NCBI GenBank assembly: GCA_030704615.1
Contig: CM060731.1
Location: 44,702,001-44,766,000, forward strand
Reading direction: 5' to 3'
Source: Takakia lepidozioides
Lineage: Eukaryota; Plantae; Bryophyta
DNA length: 64,000 nucleotides
Positions 12,666 through 25,526 of the stretch are shown here, in pieces. A program made the translations under genes and the position numbers. The notes beneath the pieces were generated by a model. The model saw only the letters and a program-made list of their open reading frames with translations. It was not told where the DNA came from and searched no databases. Each line of letters opens with the position of its first letter. The first letter of the stretch is position 1.

Positions 12666-14674
12666 GGTGAAACGCAGGAGACAAAAAAGCCTAAGTCCCA
12701 GCCCGGTGTAAAGTTCGGCGGTGTAATCTTAAACCGTTAGATCTTAAATAATCTAGACCGTTAGATCTGTAAAATCTAACGATTCAAAAATAATTTCCAT
12801 CACATGATCTAACCTTGTACAACCACGTATTTAATCTCATATATCTTGCGATCCTTGTTAAGCCACGTCCATCCAGGTCCAATTTATTGAACAGATATCA
12901 AATCGACACACCGTATAGGCGGATGGATGAACCCATCCATTGAATGAATTCATTAATGTATATGCCTTTTAAATGACATGTGTAGTGATGTAGTCATATA
13001 TATAGAGTTATGAAACAATTTGCAGTAAGGGACTCATAAGTTTACATGCCATGTCATCGATGGATAAACTCATCCAATGGATGAATACATTTATGTATGT
13101 GCTTTCAAAATGACACGTGTAGGGATGTAGTCGTATAAATAGAGCTGTAAAACCATCTTCAGTCATGGAGTCACAAGATTCCATGAAACGTCGTCCACCT
13201 GTAGTCAAACATATCACACTAGTCATAAAACCATCTTTGTCATCATGGTCAACAATGTTTGACCAATGCTCCCTAATTTTCCGGAGTCATGTAGTGATAT
13301 CCATTACTATAAAGTGATAAAACTATGACTGCAACGCATTTCAGCGCTCTGTAGTCGTATACCTAGTGCCGTTTTTATGACTCCGCCAAATCCGTAGTCC
13401 TAAAAACGTTCATCTCTTGTAGTGAATCCAGCGTGCATTGCAGGAAGCGTTTCTCTTTGCAGATGCAAACAGAGAGGACCCCATTCATGGTGGAACCGAT
13501 AACACATTTGCCGATCATGACGATGACCTCAACGATTCCGGAGATAATGAATTTGATGAGAATGCTCACATGCACGTTGATCCCGAGTATGATAAACTCT
13601 TCCGACAGTCGCAATGTCCACTTTTTGAAGGGTGCTCGATCAGCCGGCTGCAAGCAACTTTGACGTTGCTGAACGCATGCACTACCCACAAGTGCACCAA
13701 TGCATTTGTGGATGAGCTTCTGGGATTGTTGCGTAAGAGTTTTTTGCCTAAAGAGAATTCATTGCCGAAAATTCACTATGAAGCAAAAACCATGATTGCC
13801 AAGATGGGATTGCAGTACACCATGATTCATGCCTGTGAGCGTGGTTGTGTACTCTTCCGTGGGGAGTATGAGAATGTAGACATTTGCCCAGTGTGCCGCA
13901 GTTCCCGTTACATTCCAGGTCATGGAAGTGTGCCCAAGAAAGTATTGCGACACTTCCCTCTCATTCCAAGGTTGAAACGTATGTACCGATGTAAATCGAT
14001 CGCTAACCTCATGACATGGCACGATAGACATAAGAGCCAGGATGGGTTGGTTCGACATCCAACTGATAGTAAAGCATGGAGACACATTGACACCACAATT
14101 GAGGATTTTGCTGCAGAGCCACAATCTCTGCGATTTGGATTGGCCTTAGACGGTGTAAATCCCTACGGAGCTCAATCCACAAGTTGGAACACATGGCCGT
14201 TCTCTTGGTCAATTACAATCTGCCTCCGTGGTTAATGACCAAAAAGTTCTTTGTCATGTTAGCGCTACTGATTCCTGGTAAGGAGTCTGTTACCTCGGAC
14301 AATGTAGATGTTTACCTGATGCCCCTAGTGGAAGAGCTACTGGAACTATGGAGAGGGATTGCAGCTCATGATGTTTCCCGTCCTCGTGGTCAACGCGAAT
14401 TCACACTGAGGGCAGTGTTGATGTGGTCAATCCATGACTACCCTGCATATGGCTTGCTCTCACGTCAAGTGACGAAAGGTTATGCTGGTTGTCCAGCTTG
14501 TGGACCCGGGGTGACTTCACAGAAGTTACACACATGTGGAAAAACTGTTTTCCTAGGCCACCGAAGATTTTTGGCCCACAATCATCCATATAGAGGGTCA
14601 AGAATGTTCAATGGCGCTATTGAGCATGGAACTCCTCCAAAAACGCAGACTGGAACACAAATCAAGGAGAGAGA

Positions 14675-16051
14675 TATGAGCCATGTATGTATGTCTGCAT
14701 CATTCTGGGGTATCGGGAAATCTGTGTTGCAAGCTACTATTGTGTTTAGGTCTATAATAGATGGGATATTTCTCCATTGGGGGTCTCGTGGGTCAGATGA
14801 GAGGATTGTAATAGCTTTGCGGATTTTGTGGTGGATATTTAATTGTGCTTGCCATTTTCTCTGTTGTGTTCTTGTCAAGTATCCTCCGTTTATTTTTTAT
14901 TGTTCAGTTTGTACTGGAGCAGGGAACTTTGTGCATGTATGTAGCGTGGCATCTGTAATTTGAGTGAATATTTGTTCTAGCTTGGAGCTTGCGTTCTCCC
15001 AAATTTGAAGGGTGGGGTTTGCTGAATATCGATCTAGTATTGTTTCAAAATCAGATATAACTGTACTAGAAATGGATCGAAACTTGGCTTGGAATGCCAG
15101 AATAGAGGAGGGGGGAATAGGAGTGGGAATACGTGGCCTTGTGTCTAACGAGGGGCCATTTAGGACTGGACCTATAGGTACTATATGCGTGGGGATCCGG
15201 AGAATAACTGGGTAATGGTCAGAGTTATATATGGGATCATACAGGATTGTACTGTACAGCTGTGTGGGATTATTTCTAGGCATTTTGAGGTAGTACCCAT
15301 CAATGAGGCTATGCGAGGTATAGTTTAGTCCTCCTTGCCTAGAGAAAGCCTGGTTTGTAGTGATGTATTGGAATCCATGCGTTTGGGTAAAAGTTGTCCA
15401 TTCTATGTCTTTTGGAGAGGGAGGGAAGTGTACACCATCATGTAATCTACCCAGCATAGATAGGTCTCTGTTGAAATCACCTGCGAGGAGGATTGTGGAC
15501 AAGGAGTGGAGTGGGTTGTTAGCAAAGCTCACAATTTGTTGTAGAATATTGGGGGTAAGGGCTATATCGTCCGGGTGTGAGAGCATATATAAATGAATGA
15601 TAAGTAGTTTTGGATAAGGGCTGATGTGAATCTCAACAATTTGGAGGTGAGTTTTAAGGTGCGTGGGGATGCGGGCATTTGTAGTTGTTTCTTGTGAGCG
15701 CATGGATATGTGTATACCAATGGCTAGGCCTCCACAAGTCGGCTGATATGGTGGTGAGCGTCGTCTATTATATTTTCCTGGCGATGGGGGGCTCCCATAA
15801 ATGATGTGGTGGTCAAACAGTATTATGTTGATATATGTGTTGGGCGAGTGCGAGTTGAGTTTGGTTTCTTGTAATAGAATAATATGGGGAGGGTTTGAGT
15901 TTTGAAGAATAAGTGAAAGGGTTGGCAAGCTGGAGGTAATGGATCCCACATTCCACGTAAGGCATATTAAGGGTTGGTCTATAAGGTTGTCTTGTGGGTT
16001 GTCTGGGGTATAAGAGAGTGGCGGTGGTGTAGGTTGGTGTACAGTGGGCAC
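14675..16051 (-). mobile_element. Non-LTR retrotransposon 5' part: APE (EEP) endonuclease ORF
   Basis: Motifs 'CLTWNV', 'ILLQETK', 'LLAGDFN', 'SLIDGYY', 'SDHYPV'. Continues after a frameshift at ~14890 ('TRTQQRKWQAQLNIHHKIRK') until the CACTA junction. No RT domain is present. Confidence 0.9.
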
Positions 16052-18595
16052 TGCATTGTCACACTGTGGTGTGTTGTCACATTGTGGCGTGTGTTTGGTC
16101 GTTTGGTAACCGGGTAGATATGTAAGGGTATTTGGCGTGGCAGATAAAATGTCATGCGAGATAAAACTCTGGCACTGTATGGCAGTGTCGTACCTATAGT
16201 GGATTGGTCACAGGTGATGCCGGCAATGTGATGATCTACATGCTCTGATAGACTGTGCAAGATAAGAATTTCTACACTTCGAAATTGTTTTGGTCTAACC
16301 TTACATTGCTCTTCAGATATCCCGAGTAAATATAACAGCCTGTTACATGATGAGCAAAGACAATCGAGTCACCGAGTGTTGACTGGGAGACAGTTAACAA
16401 CAGAAGAAATACATCTAATGCTTGTAAAGTTCACACTCATGGTTGAAATGGACCTCTGGACTGCACTGAAATCATGGTCTTCCCTTGCAACCAGGGAGTT
16501 ATCTACTTCATTCTCCTCTAATGTACCTTTTTTTTTTTCAACCCTATCCCAGTCCCTTTCCATGAGGTGTGACACATAGTGTGGTCATAGCCGCATCCTA
16601 TCTGTGCTAACAGGTGGACACACGCTAGCCTATTCGAGCTCCATGTGACTGGGTATCTCCATTTGGATCTCATCTACATTAAAGGGATAGATGTATCATC
16701 TAGAATAGGATGATGTCAATGGCATGTGACTCGTGGGTAGGAACCCCTAGTCAAATATATAGCATACAACGTTCAGAAGGTATTGTCCATTACTACATCT
16801 CCGTGGTCTTCACACTAGTTCCTTCATTTCCTTGTGGAAATTTGGGGTTTAGGGTTTTGAACACATTTTGCAATACCCAGAGGCACAACATGTTATATGT
16901 CCACCGACCTGAACTTTTCCTTGATGCAATACCCCAGGTAGCACTGTTTGCAGCCCCACTGTCAAGCCCGGACAGTAACAATTAGTGCACACTGTTGCAG
17001 CGCTCATCTACACAAGATAGAGAGACACACATCCATTGAAGAAAAGGAGAAATGGGGAAAACGGAGTGAACATAAAAGAGAAAGTCTATCAAGCACATTC
17101 TCGAAACAAGTGGGTAGCTCTCTGCATCAAATAGCTTGTTTACAAAGTTTCACTCCACATTCAATTGAGAGGAAACAATGCCAAAATATGTGAGCTCCTG
17201 TCCACTACCATTAGACCTGAATTCTTGAGTAAGCCAATACTGGAATAGGCATCATGCGAATGTAGTTGCTTACAGTGAAAAAAGAGAGCGAGCACTCAAA
17301 CGAGACACTTGATTAAAGAGGGAAAGACGACATTTTAGTATTCAGAGTGCTGAAGGAGAGATCATGTTTATGCTTGCCCTCCCTGAAGCTGGTGGACATG
17401 ACGCCGACTGTGACATCGTGTACAATGGTGACAGTAGATGTCAATGTGGCACCACAAGGGCCCAGTCAGGAGATTGACACCAGGTGACCTCCTGTATACC
17501 CCTTGTGTAATAAATCCCTGGCATGTTTCCCTACCTCTGCAAATTGCACTGGACCCCCCTTTGGTCCGGCTGGAGTAGGAATTGGGCACGTTTCACTCAT
17601 TTTTCTGACGACTGAGTACTGTATATTGAAGAGTGGAAGAGGGATTGAAGTGTGCAGTGGAATTTTGTAAGAAAGAGACGTACAGATCGAATATAGGTAC
17701 TGTTGTGAATCAGAAGCAACTTCAGAGCTCCAAGATAGAACTTGGGAGGGTTCAATGATGGAAAGAGAGCTAACCTACTCTTACATTCAACTCTGATCAA
17801 CAGCTGTCTAAAATCGTAACTATCTTTAGCAAGGTTCTATGCACAAGCATTCACTTGCTCAGATCAATGCATAGATCGTTCCCACGTTCTCAGACAGGAA
17901 TGTACACCATGTAGGACGCCTAAAGTAGTCTCCATTTCTCTGATTTGTCGCTCTGTGCATCACTTTCTCTACATATTTGACAAAATAAATCGTGATTGCC
18001 TGTGTCTAGTACCCGGAGATTGACTTATGCCAAGGTCGATGAGCGAAAAATGTAAAAGACCGAAACTTGTAGCCACCAGATATGATTTCAAACAGATCCG
18101 AGACAGGTCCTTTCTCTTGAAGCCCTTGGTAACCAATTCCACTCAGCAAGAAAGACATGGACGCTACTTCTTGATGCTCTTTAAGATCCAGAAATCGCAT
18201 CTGCCAACCCTGTGTAGACCTGCAGGAAAGACAGAGCGAGGACGGGAGGTGAGGACTAGGGAGGTTGCTACCCCATACCCTCCGCTTGAAATATATTGAG
18301 AGAGAAATTGCTGATAAAGTAGGAATCTACTCCTGCGTTACAGGGAGAGAATGGGATAAGTGGATGGGTGATTGCTACCGTCCGACCACAATACAGGGAA
18401 CAAAACAACAGAGAATACGGAGATAAAGGATAGAGATCACTCGGCCATTAAATTGCCCACTAAAAGGCAATAAGAAACTGAATATGGAGAGAGATAAGGA
18501 ACGAAGACCGATGCGAGATGCTGCTATCCTCCGAGTATGGTCGCATTGATATCGATGAGAAAAGGCCGACTGGAGGGAGAGAGAAAGGTTTCGAC

Positions 18596-19605
18596 CAGTG
18601 TTGTGCGGGTAAATAGATTTTTGCTTATCCTCCGGGTAAGGGTAAATAAAATCAGAGATTTATTTATCCTCCGTGGTAAGGGTAAATTATTTATATGTCC
18701 ATTTATTTATCCTACAGGTAAGGGTAAATTATTGATATGTCCATTTATTTATCCTACGAGTAAAGGGTAAAGGCCAATATTTTCGACCGAGTAAGGATAA
18801 ATACCTGGTAAGGATATATGATTTACCCTTTTTATACCCGCCGGGTAAATAAAGGATATATAGAAGGATATATAATTTTTTTAGTTTGTTATGCTCAACT
18901 CAAAAAATATAACTAACTAATTGAGGTAATCAATTGTCTATTTATTGGCTTAGTAGGCTCATCGTATCATATGTTGACTTGGGATAGAAATAGACTAGGG
19001 AAAATGACCAGCTTGTGCTACATCATGTACCTCTCATCTTGTATATAATTACATGACCAAGTAGCAAACAAATGAAGAGAAAACATGAAAGATGATTCTG
19101 ACCAGAGAAAAGGAGATGGAGGGTGGGCATAGGTACTTCAAACTAGAAGCCTTGAATAACTGCAATTGAATTGAGATGGGAAGGCAAGAACTCGAAAACA
19201 ACCTTTACGGAATCGTCAGTGGCAGCATTGAGCAAGACAGGTTCATTGGCCAAGAAGTGAAGAGAGCAGTCAGCTGAATCATGGGCATTCTTTATAACTA
19301 CCTGTTCCATTTTTCCCGAATCCAAATGCTGATCACACCAGATGGGCCCTCCAGTTGCCAAGAAAGGCTGTAGTTTTTCATTTACCCTTTTTCTATTTAC
19401 CCTCCAAAAATATATATTTACCTGCGAGTAAAGGATATATGGAAACTATTTACCAGTCACACGGGGAAGGGTATCTCAGATTATTTACCCGTCTGAAGGG
19501 TAAGGATAAAGGTAAATGAAATGGGCCAATCCGGGTAAATCATTTACCCTTACCCTGATTACCCGCCGGGTAAATCCGGGTAAATGATTTACCCGCACAA
19601 CCCTG
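18596..19605. mobile_element. Non-autonomous hAT-type element carrying a host exon (Pack-hAT)
   Basis: TIRs CAGTGTTGTGCGGGTAAAT / ATTTACCCGCACAACCCTG. 8-bp TSD GTTTCGAC at 18588-18595 and 19606-19613. GGGTAA subterminal repeats related to 177-1408. Confidence 0.93.
19203..19372 (-). pseudogene. Captured exon of a WDR36/UTP21-like WD40 gene
   Basis: 'QPFLATGGP/SGVISIWI..' plus 'VIKNAHDSADCSLHFLANEPVLLNAATDDSVK', followed by a GT donor. Matches the recalled plant Utp21 segment VIRDAHDSS..SLHFFANEPVLMS.SADNSIK; frameshifted. Confidence 0.78.
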
Positions 19606-19909
19606 GTTTCGACCCCGCTGCGTGCAGCGCGTCTCAGATGAGAGAGGCTATCTAAAGTAAGCACATTACTTTACAGAAATAACCACTAAACATTCATCTA
19701 CGGAATTCATCATAAAATATCTACATTCATCCATCAATGGAACACATAAGGAACATAAGGAGCTTGTGCCCAAGTGGGACCCACTAAAGAGATAAGGTCC
19801 TTAGGTAACTACATGCCAGTGAATCCGTAGTCCCTGCTAAAGGCAGGGCCAACAAACAAAAAACAAAAAAAATGTAGGAGACTAGTTTTAGTGTAGAGAA
19901 GTGATGCGA

Positions 19910-20412
19910 GATATCACATCCCTGTCTTGCATTGGAATCCCGGTGGTGTTATTCCTAACTACCGAGAAACTGGTCCAAGTCAACGCTATCAGTGTTGAAC
20001 AGATCTGGCATAATGAATTCCAAGTGTGACCACAGTTCCTGGCAGTATAGAGGAGGCTAGTGAGAAACAGAGAATATTATTGTTGAAATTGCATTTGTTA
20101 CAAAAAGAAAGGGGGACTGCTATGACCGACACGAGGATTCCTGTGCTGCCAAGTAGTCTACCAGTCTGCTGTACAGGGTAGGGCTGTGAAACTTGTCCTA
20201 CTTGACCTGCCTGACAAGCTGCAATATGTACCTGCATGTCATTTTGGAGCGGTGTCCCAGTTAGCATCAACCGCTGTTTTGCCACATTTGTAATTAGCCG
20301 CAAATGCTTGGTGCGGAGGCTGCTCCGGTCCTTCAAGAGATGTGCCTCATCCATGAGCACACAGCTCCATTTCCATCTCTTCAGAAATTTGCGATCATCT
20401 ATGGATTGGGTA
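19910..20412 (-). pseudogene. Two-exon fragment of an ETL1/SMARCAD1 (CHR19-like) SNF2 ATPase
   Basis: Exon 20412-20232 'DDRKFLKRWKWSCVLMDEAHLLKD...QRLMLTGTPLQNDMQ', GT-AG intron, then an exon from 20038 'ELWSHLEFIMPDLFNTDSVDL' with a stop/frameshift. No other exons are recognisable nearby. Confidence 0.85.
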
Positions 20413-21910
20413 CTGCCAGCACAAATATACATAACACTAAGAAATCTTCCCCCCTTTAGAGTTTTGCAAGTTCCAACTAATCCAACATGCAACGAGAATG
20501 GCAAAGCCCATCAGACATGTTGGAATCCACTAACCTCCGTTTGTCAAAGAGAGAATAACAAGTCCACTGAAGCTCGGGCAGGTGACGTTGGGAAGCTCTC
20601 AATCTTGACTTGGCTACAATCTTCCGGTTGGCAGCTCTTCAATTGGACCTGGATTCAGGGATTATGGCTGTCCGATAAATAGGGTGCGAGGTCGGCGTAC
20701 TACTTAGGGTTTAAGAGTGGGGAGGAAACTAGGAAACCACAAGGAAAGCTATGCTTGTGAACTTTATAAAAAAAAAAACAGCTTTTTGGTTGTGGGTTCT
20801 TCGGACAATTTACACCCAGGACCTTGGGCGCCACATTTCAATGTAACCGTGCAGTCTCTTTGCAGGTGAGTATCACAGGTCATAGTACAAATGAAGATGG
20901 TTCGACAAGGACGTGCAGGGGAATCGAAAAACACAAGCACCGTGAGTTGATAACACAGACACATTGGGGAACCTTCCTGCATTATGCCACTGGCGCACCA
21001 AATGTGCTTGTTCACATCAGAACACAGCGCCAAAAGAACTAGTGAAGTTTTGGTTGTTAGAGTAATTTAGCATGGACCTATTAACGGTTGAAGGTTTGAA
21101 TAAGGGCCAAGACCGAGCACTTGAGAATTGATTTATCGTCTCAATCAAGCTAGGTACACAACGGAGACGCGTCTTGGAAGTTGGAAGGAAAGTCAGGCCA
21201 GTTTGCATAAGCCATCGGTTTGTATTATCCAGAGTTGGTTTGCCAGGCCCTCACAAGCTGTACATCCTTCTGCTAAGTATCAGTTAACTCCAAAACCTCC
21301 AATCCAATATCTTCCCTCACATGCCACGAGATTCGATGTGGGGGCGGATGAAGATAGCGCAGGACAGTACTCTGTAAATGATGATGAGCGAGATTAATGC
21401 ATGCGAGACAAAGACAATGTAATGACGGCGCGGGACTTCGATATAATTGTGAGGGAAAAATAAGCAAATGTGAACTCGGGCTTCTTTGGCAAAGCTCCAA
21501 TTAGTAGTGCAGAGGTGTCGAGAGAATAGTTGTAGTTGCATGCCCACAGCTATCTAACTGCACTGGGCCGCAGCACAGAGGGAAAATGGCCATAACTAAG
21601 AACGGCTTGCGAATCATGTTGACCACGCTCAACCCTGACCCTGAGGATCCTCCAATTCACTGGGAAGGGATCGTCGTGCGGGTACTTACACCTCCTCTCT
21701 TCATTGGATTAGATAAAGTTCTTGTAAGTAGATTATCGAGCAGCAGTTTGCAGCATCCGGCTCCTGTGAAGATCGGAGCATCACGGGGATTGATCATAGT
21801 TTTTCCTGGACGCATCCATGGACTGTATGCGAATGTACACTGATGGGGTGAGTATAAATACTGCAGGTATTTAACCTGAAGTACTCATGCCCAATTTTCG
21901 GTTAAGTTCT

Positions 21911-24900
21911 TGTTAGAATTGAGCAAGAACATGAACAAGAACTAAAGTCTTAGACTAAAGCTAAAACTAAAGCTCTCCTCTCAACCATAGAAGCCACCAT
22001 CATACTCTTACACTTAGACTAGTGGCTTCACCCCCGAGCTTGTACAAGAAGGTCTCTAGAAAGTCCTACTTGGTCACTTCCACTTCCACTATGGTGACCA
22101 TCCACCTTCTAGCCATTCACCTTCCAAAGGTGAGTTAAACAAGATAGTCTCTTAGACTTCTAAACCTTTGGCCTTCAAGACTCTTAGTCTTGTAGATATG
22201 TTTAATTACTTCCAACACTCCCACTCAATTAAACCATATCATTGAGCTACTTCGTTTGTCTTTGGAGAAGAGACACCAAGTAAGGCTGAACACTTCATGT
22301 ATTTTGTTTGTGGTAGACTCTTCGTCAAAACATCCGCAACCGTATCTCCTGTAGCACAATAGATCATCTTGATCTCTCCCTTGCATACAACTTCCCGTAT
22401 GTAGTGATGTTGCACTTCAATGTGCTTCGTCCTTGAATGATACTTCGGATTCTGACTTAGTGCAATCGCACTTTGATTGTCACAATTGAGAGTCGTAGGT
22501 AGTGATTGGAGATGATCCAAATCTCCAAGCAACTTCCGTAACCAAATAGCCTCCTTTGCTACTTGTGTAATGGACATGTACTCAGCTTCTGTTGATGACA
22601 ACGCTGTTGCAACTTGTCGTTTGCTAGACCAAGATACAGCTCCACCTGCTAGGAGAAAACAATGGCCTGAAGTTGATTTTCTACTATCAATGTCTCCTGC
22701 CCAGTCAACATCAGCAAACCCTAACAAACTTGGATCTTCCACTCTCTTGTAGAGTAGACTAGAGGTTGATGTTCCTCTTAGATATCGAAATATCCTCTTC
22801 ACTGCTTTCTAATGGGTTTGTCCGGGATTTGAAAGAAATTGTGAGACCACTCCCACTGAATGTGCAATGTCTGGCCTAGTACAAACCATGCAATACATCA
22901 AACTGCCGACTGCGCTTTGATAAGAAGTTTTCCTCATATCTTCTTACTCTCTTGAGTCTTAGGTGCCATATCATTCGTAAGTTTCAAACCAACTTCGAGA
23001 GGAGTTGATGTTGGCTTACTCATCTCCAACTTAAACCTTTGTAGAATTGTCTCAATGTATTGTCGTTGATGCATGAATACTGTATGGTTCATTCGATCTC
23101 TGCTGATTTGAATACCAAGACAGAACCGAATCTCATCTACACCATTCTGCTTAGGTATATATGGAACAGTAAGCTGTCGAGCTATTCCATTTTCTTGACA
23201 AAACTGATTGAAAGCCTTTGAGATGTACTCACCACCATTGTCAGATCTCAAAATCTTAAGAGGCTTTTCAGTTTGTTTTTCTGCAAGTACTTTGAACTCC
23301 TTGAATTTCTCTAGCACTTGACTTTTCTGCCTTAGGAAATTCACCACAACCCTCCTTGACAAATCATCAATGAATGTCACAAAGTACCTTGCTCCTCCAA
23401 GTGATGTGGTTTGCATTGGCCCGCACACATCAGAATGTACAATCTCCAATATATTTGTGGCTCTTCGTCCACCATCCTTAGGAAATTGACCTCGATGTTG
23501 CTTCCCTTCCAAGCAACCTTTGCATAGACGCATATCGTTCATCTCCTTCAATGGTAGTCCTTCCACAAGATGGCTTGAGAGTTGCATCTGTCTCAACTTC
23601 TTAATGCTCACATGACCTAACCTTCTATGCCACAACTCTGTTTCTGACATGACAGGTGTAGATCCCAACTGTGGTGAAAATGTGGTAAGAGCACTAGAGA
23701 CATGATGTTGTAATCTATACAAACAATAATCAAGAATAGCTCTTGCTACCACAGCTCCTGAGCTATCCGTGATAGTACAACTCTCATCTTGGAATACCAC
23801 TCTGTATCCCTTTGCAACAATTTGCCTTACAGACAGCAGGTTCTTTGTTAAAGTAGGGACATATAGGACATTTTCCACCTCTATGGTTTCCCCTTCATTG
23901 AGCATAAGAGAGACTGAGCCTTCCCCACCAATGACATGCTTGCTACATCTCCCAAAAGAACATATTGTGTAGGTGAAAGAGATCTATAGGATAAGAAATG
24001 CTCTCTCTCTGAACTCATATGTTGAGATGCTCCTGAATCAACATACCACACATGCTTCTGTCTAGTAGTGGCTGAGAGAGACACAACAAATAAAATAGCA
24101 TTCCTCTGATGAGTAGCTATGTTCCCTTGATTCTCTCTGCTGCGCTCATCTGCAATGCGCTTTCTACAATCCTTGATCATGTGACCAAGTTTCTTACAAT
24201 AAAAGCACCTCACTTTGGCCTTTTTGATCTTTGAGCTAGATTGAGGTTTCTGAAACCTCTGGGACTTCTGAGACAAATGTGAAGGGAGTCTTCTATTCAA
24301 GACTACTCCAGCCTTGCCTGTGAACAAAGCTCTGTCTACATCTGTAGACGTACCTTGACCTTTTCTTCTTGTTTCCTCCTTGAGGAGAAGTCCTATGACA
24401 ACATCAATAGTTAAGTTGGTTTGTCTTGCTAGAGACACCACAAAACCATCGTAGGATTCAGGTAAGGTTGCCAATAACACCATTGCGGCATGTTCATCAG
24501 TCACATTAGTTCCCACAGAGACTAGTTGATCTCGCAACACAAAAAATAAATTCAAGTGTTGTTCAACTGAGTCTGACTCGATCATCTTCAGACCATAAAA
24601 CTTTTGCGTCACATACACTTGCGATGTGACATCATTCGTCTCATATATGCTAGTTTGTCCCAAACATCCTTAGCATTCTTAGCACTTATAATGAGATGCA
24701 ACTGATTGTCTCTCAAACTTGTAATGATGCTAGCTCTTGCTTTCTGATCTTTCCTATCCCATATGGCTTGGCCAACAATAGTGTCAGGTCTTGGGACTGA
24801 TCCATCAACCACTCCCCATAGATCTTTGTCTAGAATAACCATCTCCATCCTAAACTTCCAGGTTTGATAGTTAGCTCCATTGAATCGATCTTCCACTCTC

Positions 24901-25330
24901 ACATCTAATGCACTCGTCATAGACATAGAAGGAGGATTGCTAGAAGACGACGCTCCAGCCATAATCAAGTTCTCTCAATCTCAACTACCAACTCTCACCT
25001 AGAGAAGAATGGCTCTGATACCATGTTAGAATTGAGCAAGAACATGAACAAGAACTAAAGTCTTAGACTAAAGCTAAAACTAAAGCTATCCTCCCAACCA
25101 TAGAAGCCACCATCATACTCTTACACTTAGACTAGTGGCTTCACCCCCGAGCTTGTACAAGAAGGTCTCTAGAAAGTCCTACTTGGTCACTTCCACTTCC
25201 ACTATGGTGACCATCCACCTTCTAGCCATTCACCTTCCAAAGGTAAGTTAAATAAGATAGTCTTTTAGACTTCTAAACCTTTGGCCTTCAAGACTCTTAG
25301 TCTTCTAGATATGTTTAATTACTTCCAACA
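21911..25330 (-). mobile_element. Ty1/Copia LTR retrotransposon, internally deleted
   Basis: 307-bp LTRs at 21911-22217 and 25024-25330 (TG..CA, 6 differences counted by eye). 5-bp TSD GTTCT. PBS TGGTATCAGAGCC at 25023-25011; PPT at 22218-22228. Has gag with CCHC, protease (WYVDSGAS), integrase fused to mid-RT, and RNase H; frameshifts present. Confidence 0.97.
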
Positions 25331-25526
25331 GTTCTTTTTCTACACCCCCCTGGATGTCTGCGATCTGGGAGATTTGTCCATGGATATAGTAGCAAGGGGG
25401 TAGGCCTGAATTTGTGGCGTGGAACAGTGAACTCTTGAGTCACTTGTGCCGTTTTAGTAGAGCAACACAAGTTTTTGTCGAAGTACTTAATTTATTTGTG
25501 AGTAAACCTGGTTAGCAAGAAAATCC

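Larger units (their letters stand above)
8263..13424. mobile_element. Nested non-autonomous CACTA (Pack-CACTA) carrying PPR gene fragments
   Basis: Starts CACTACAA (8263) and ends TTGTAGTG (13424). 3-bp TSD AAT at 8260-8262 and 13425-13427. No transposase inside. Confidence 0.95.
1957..14670 (+). mobile_element. Outer CACTA (En/Spm) transposon, right end deleted
   Basis: Degenerate left TIR CATTATAACAGATGAGCGTTTTTATGAC at 1957, closely matching CACTACAACAAATGAGCGTTTTTATGAC at 8263. Subterminal ATATGACTAC repeats. Encodes TnpD-like (+) and TnpA-like (-) sequences. The transposase runs directly into LINE sequence at ~14670. Confidence 0.85.
7555..14670 (+). pseudogene. CACTA TnpD/Tnp2 transposase, interrupted and truncated
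   Basis: Exon at ~7555-7767 'MLCNCDECHGG...VRNHYMIHGRD' is the transposase-associated domain. 8180-8262 joins in frame to 13428 (GLEVEI|QRALQEAF) once the insert is removed. 13438-14670 has 'IHACERGCVLF', 'KKVLRHFPLIPRLKR', 'RFGLALDGVNPYG', 'NYNLPPWL', 'WSIHDYPAYG' (Transposase_21), with a frameshift near 14190. Confidence 0.92.
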
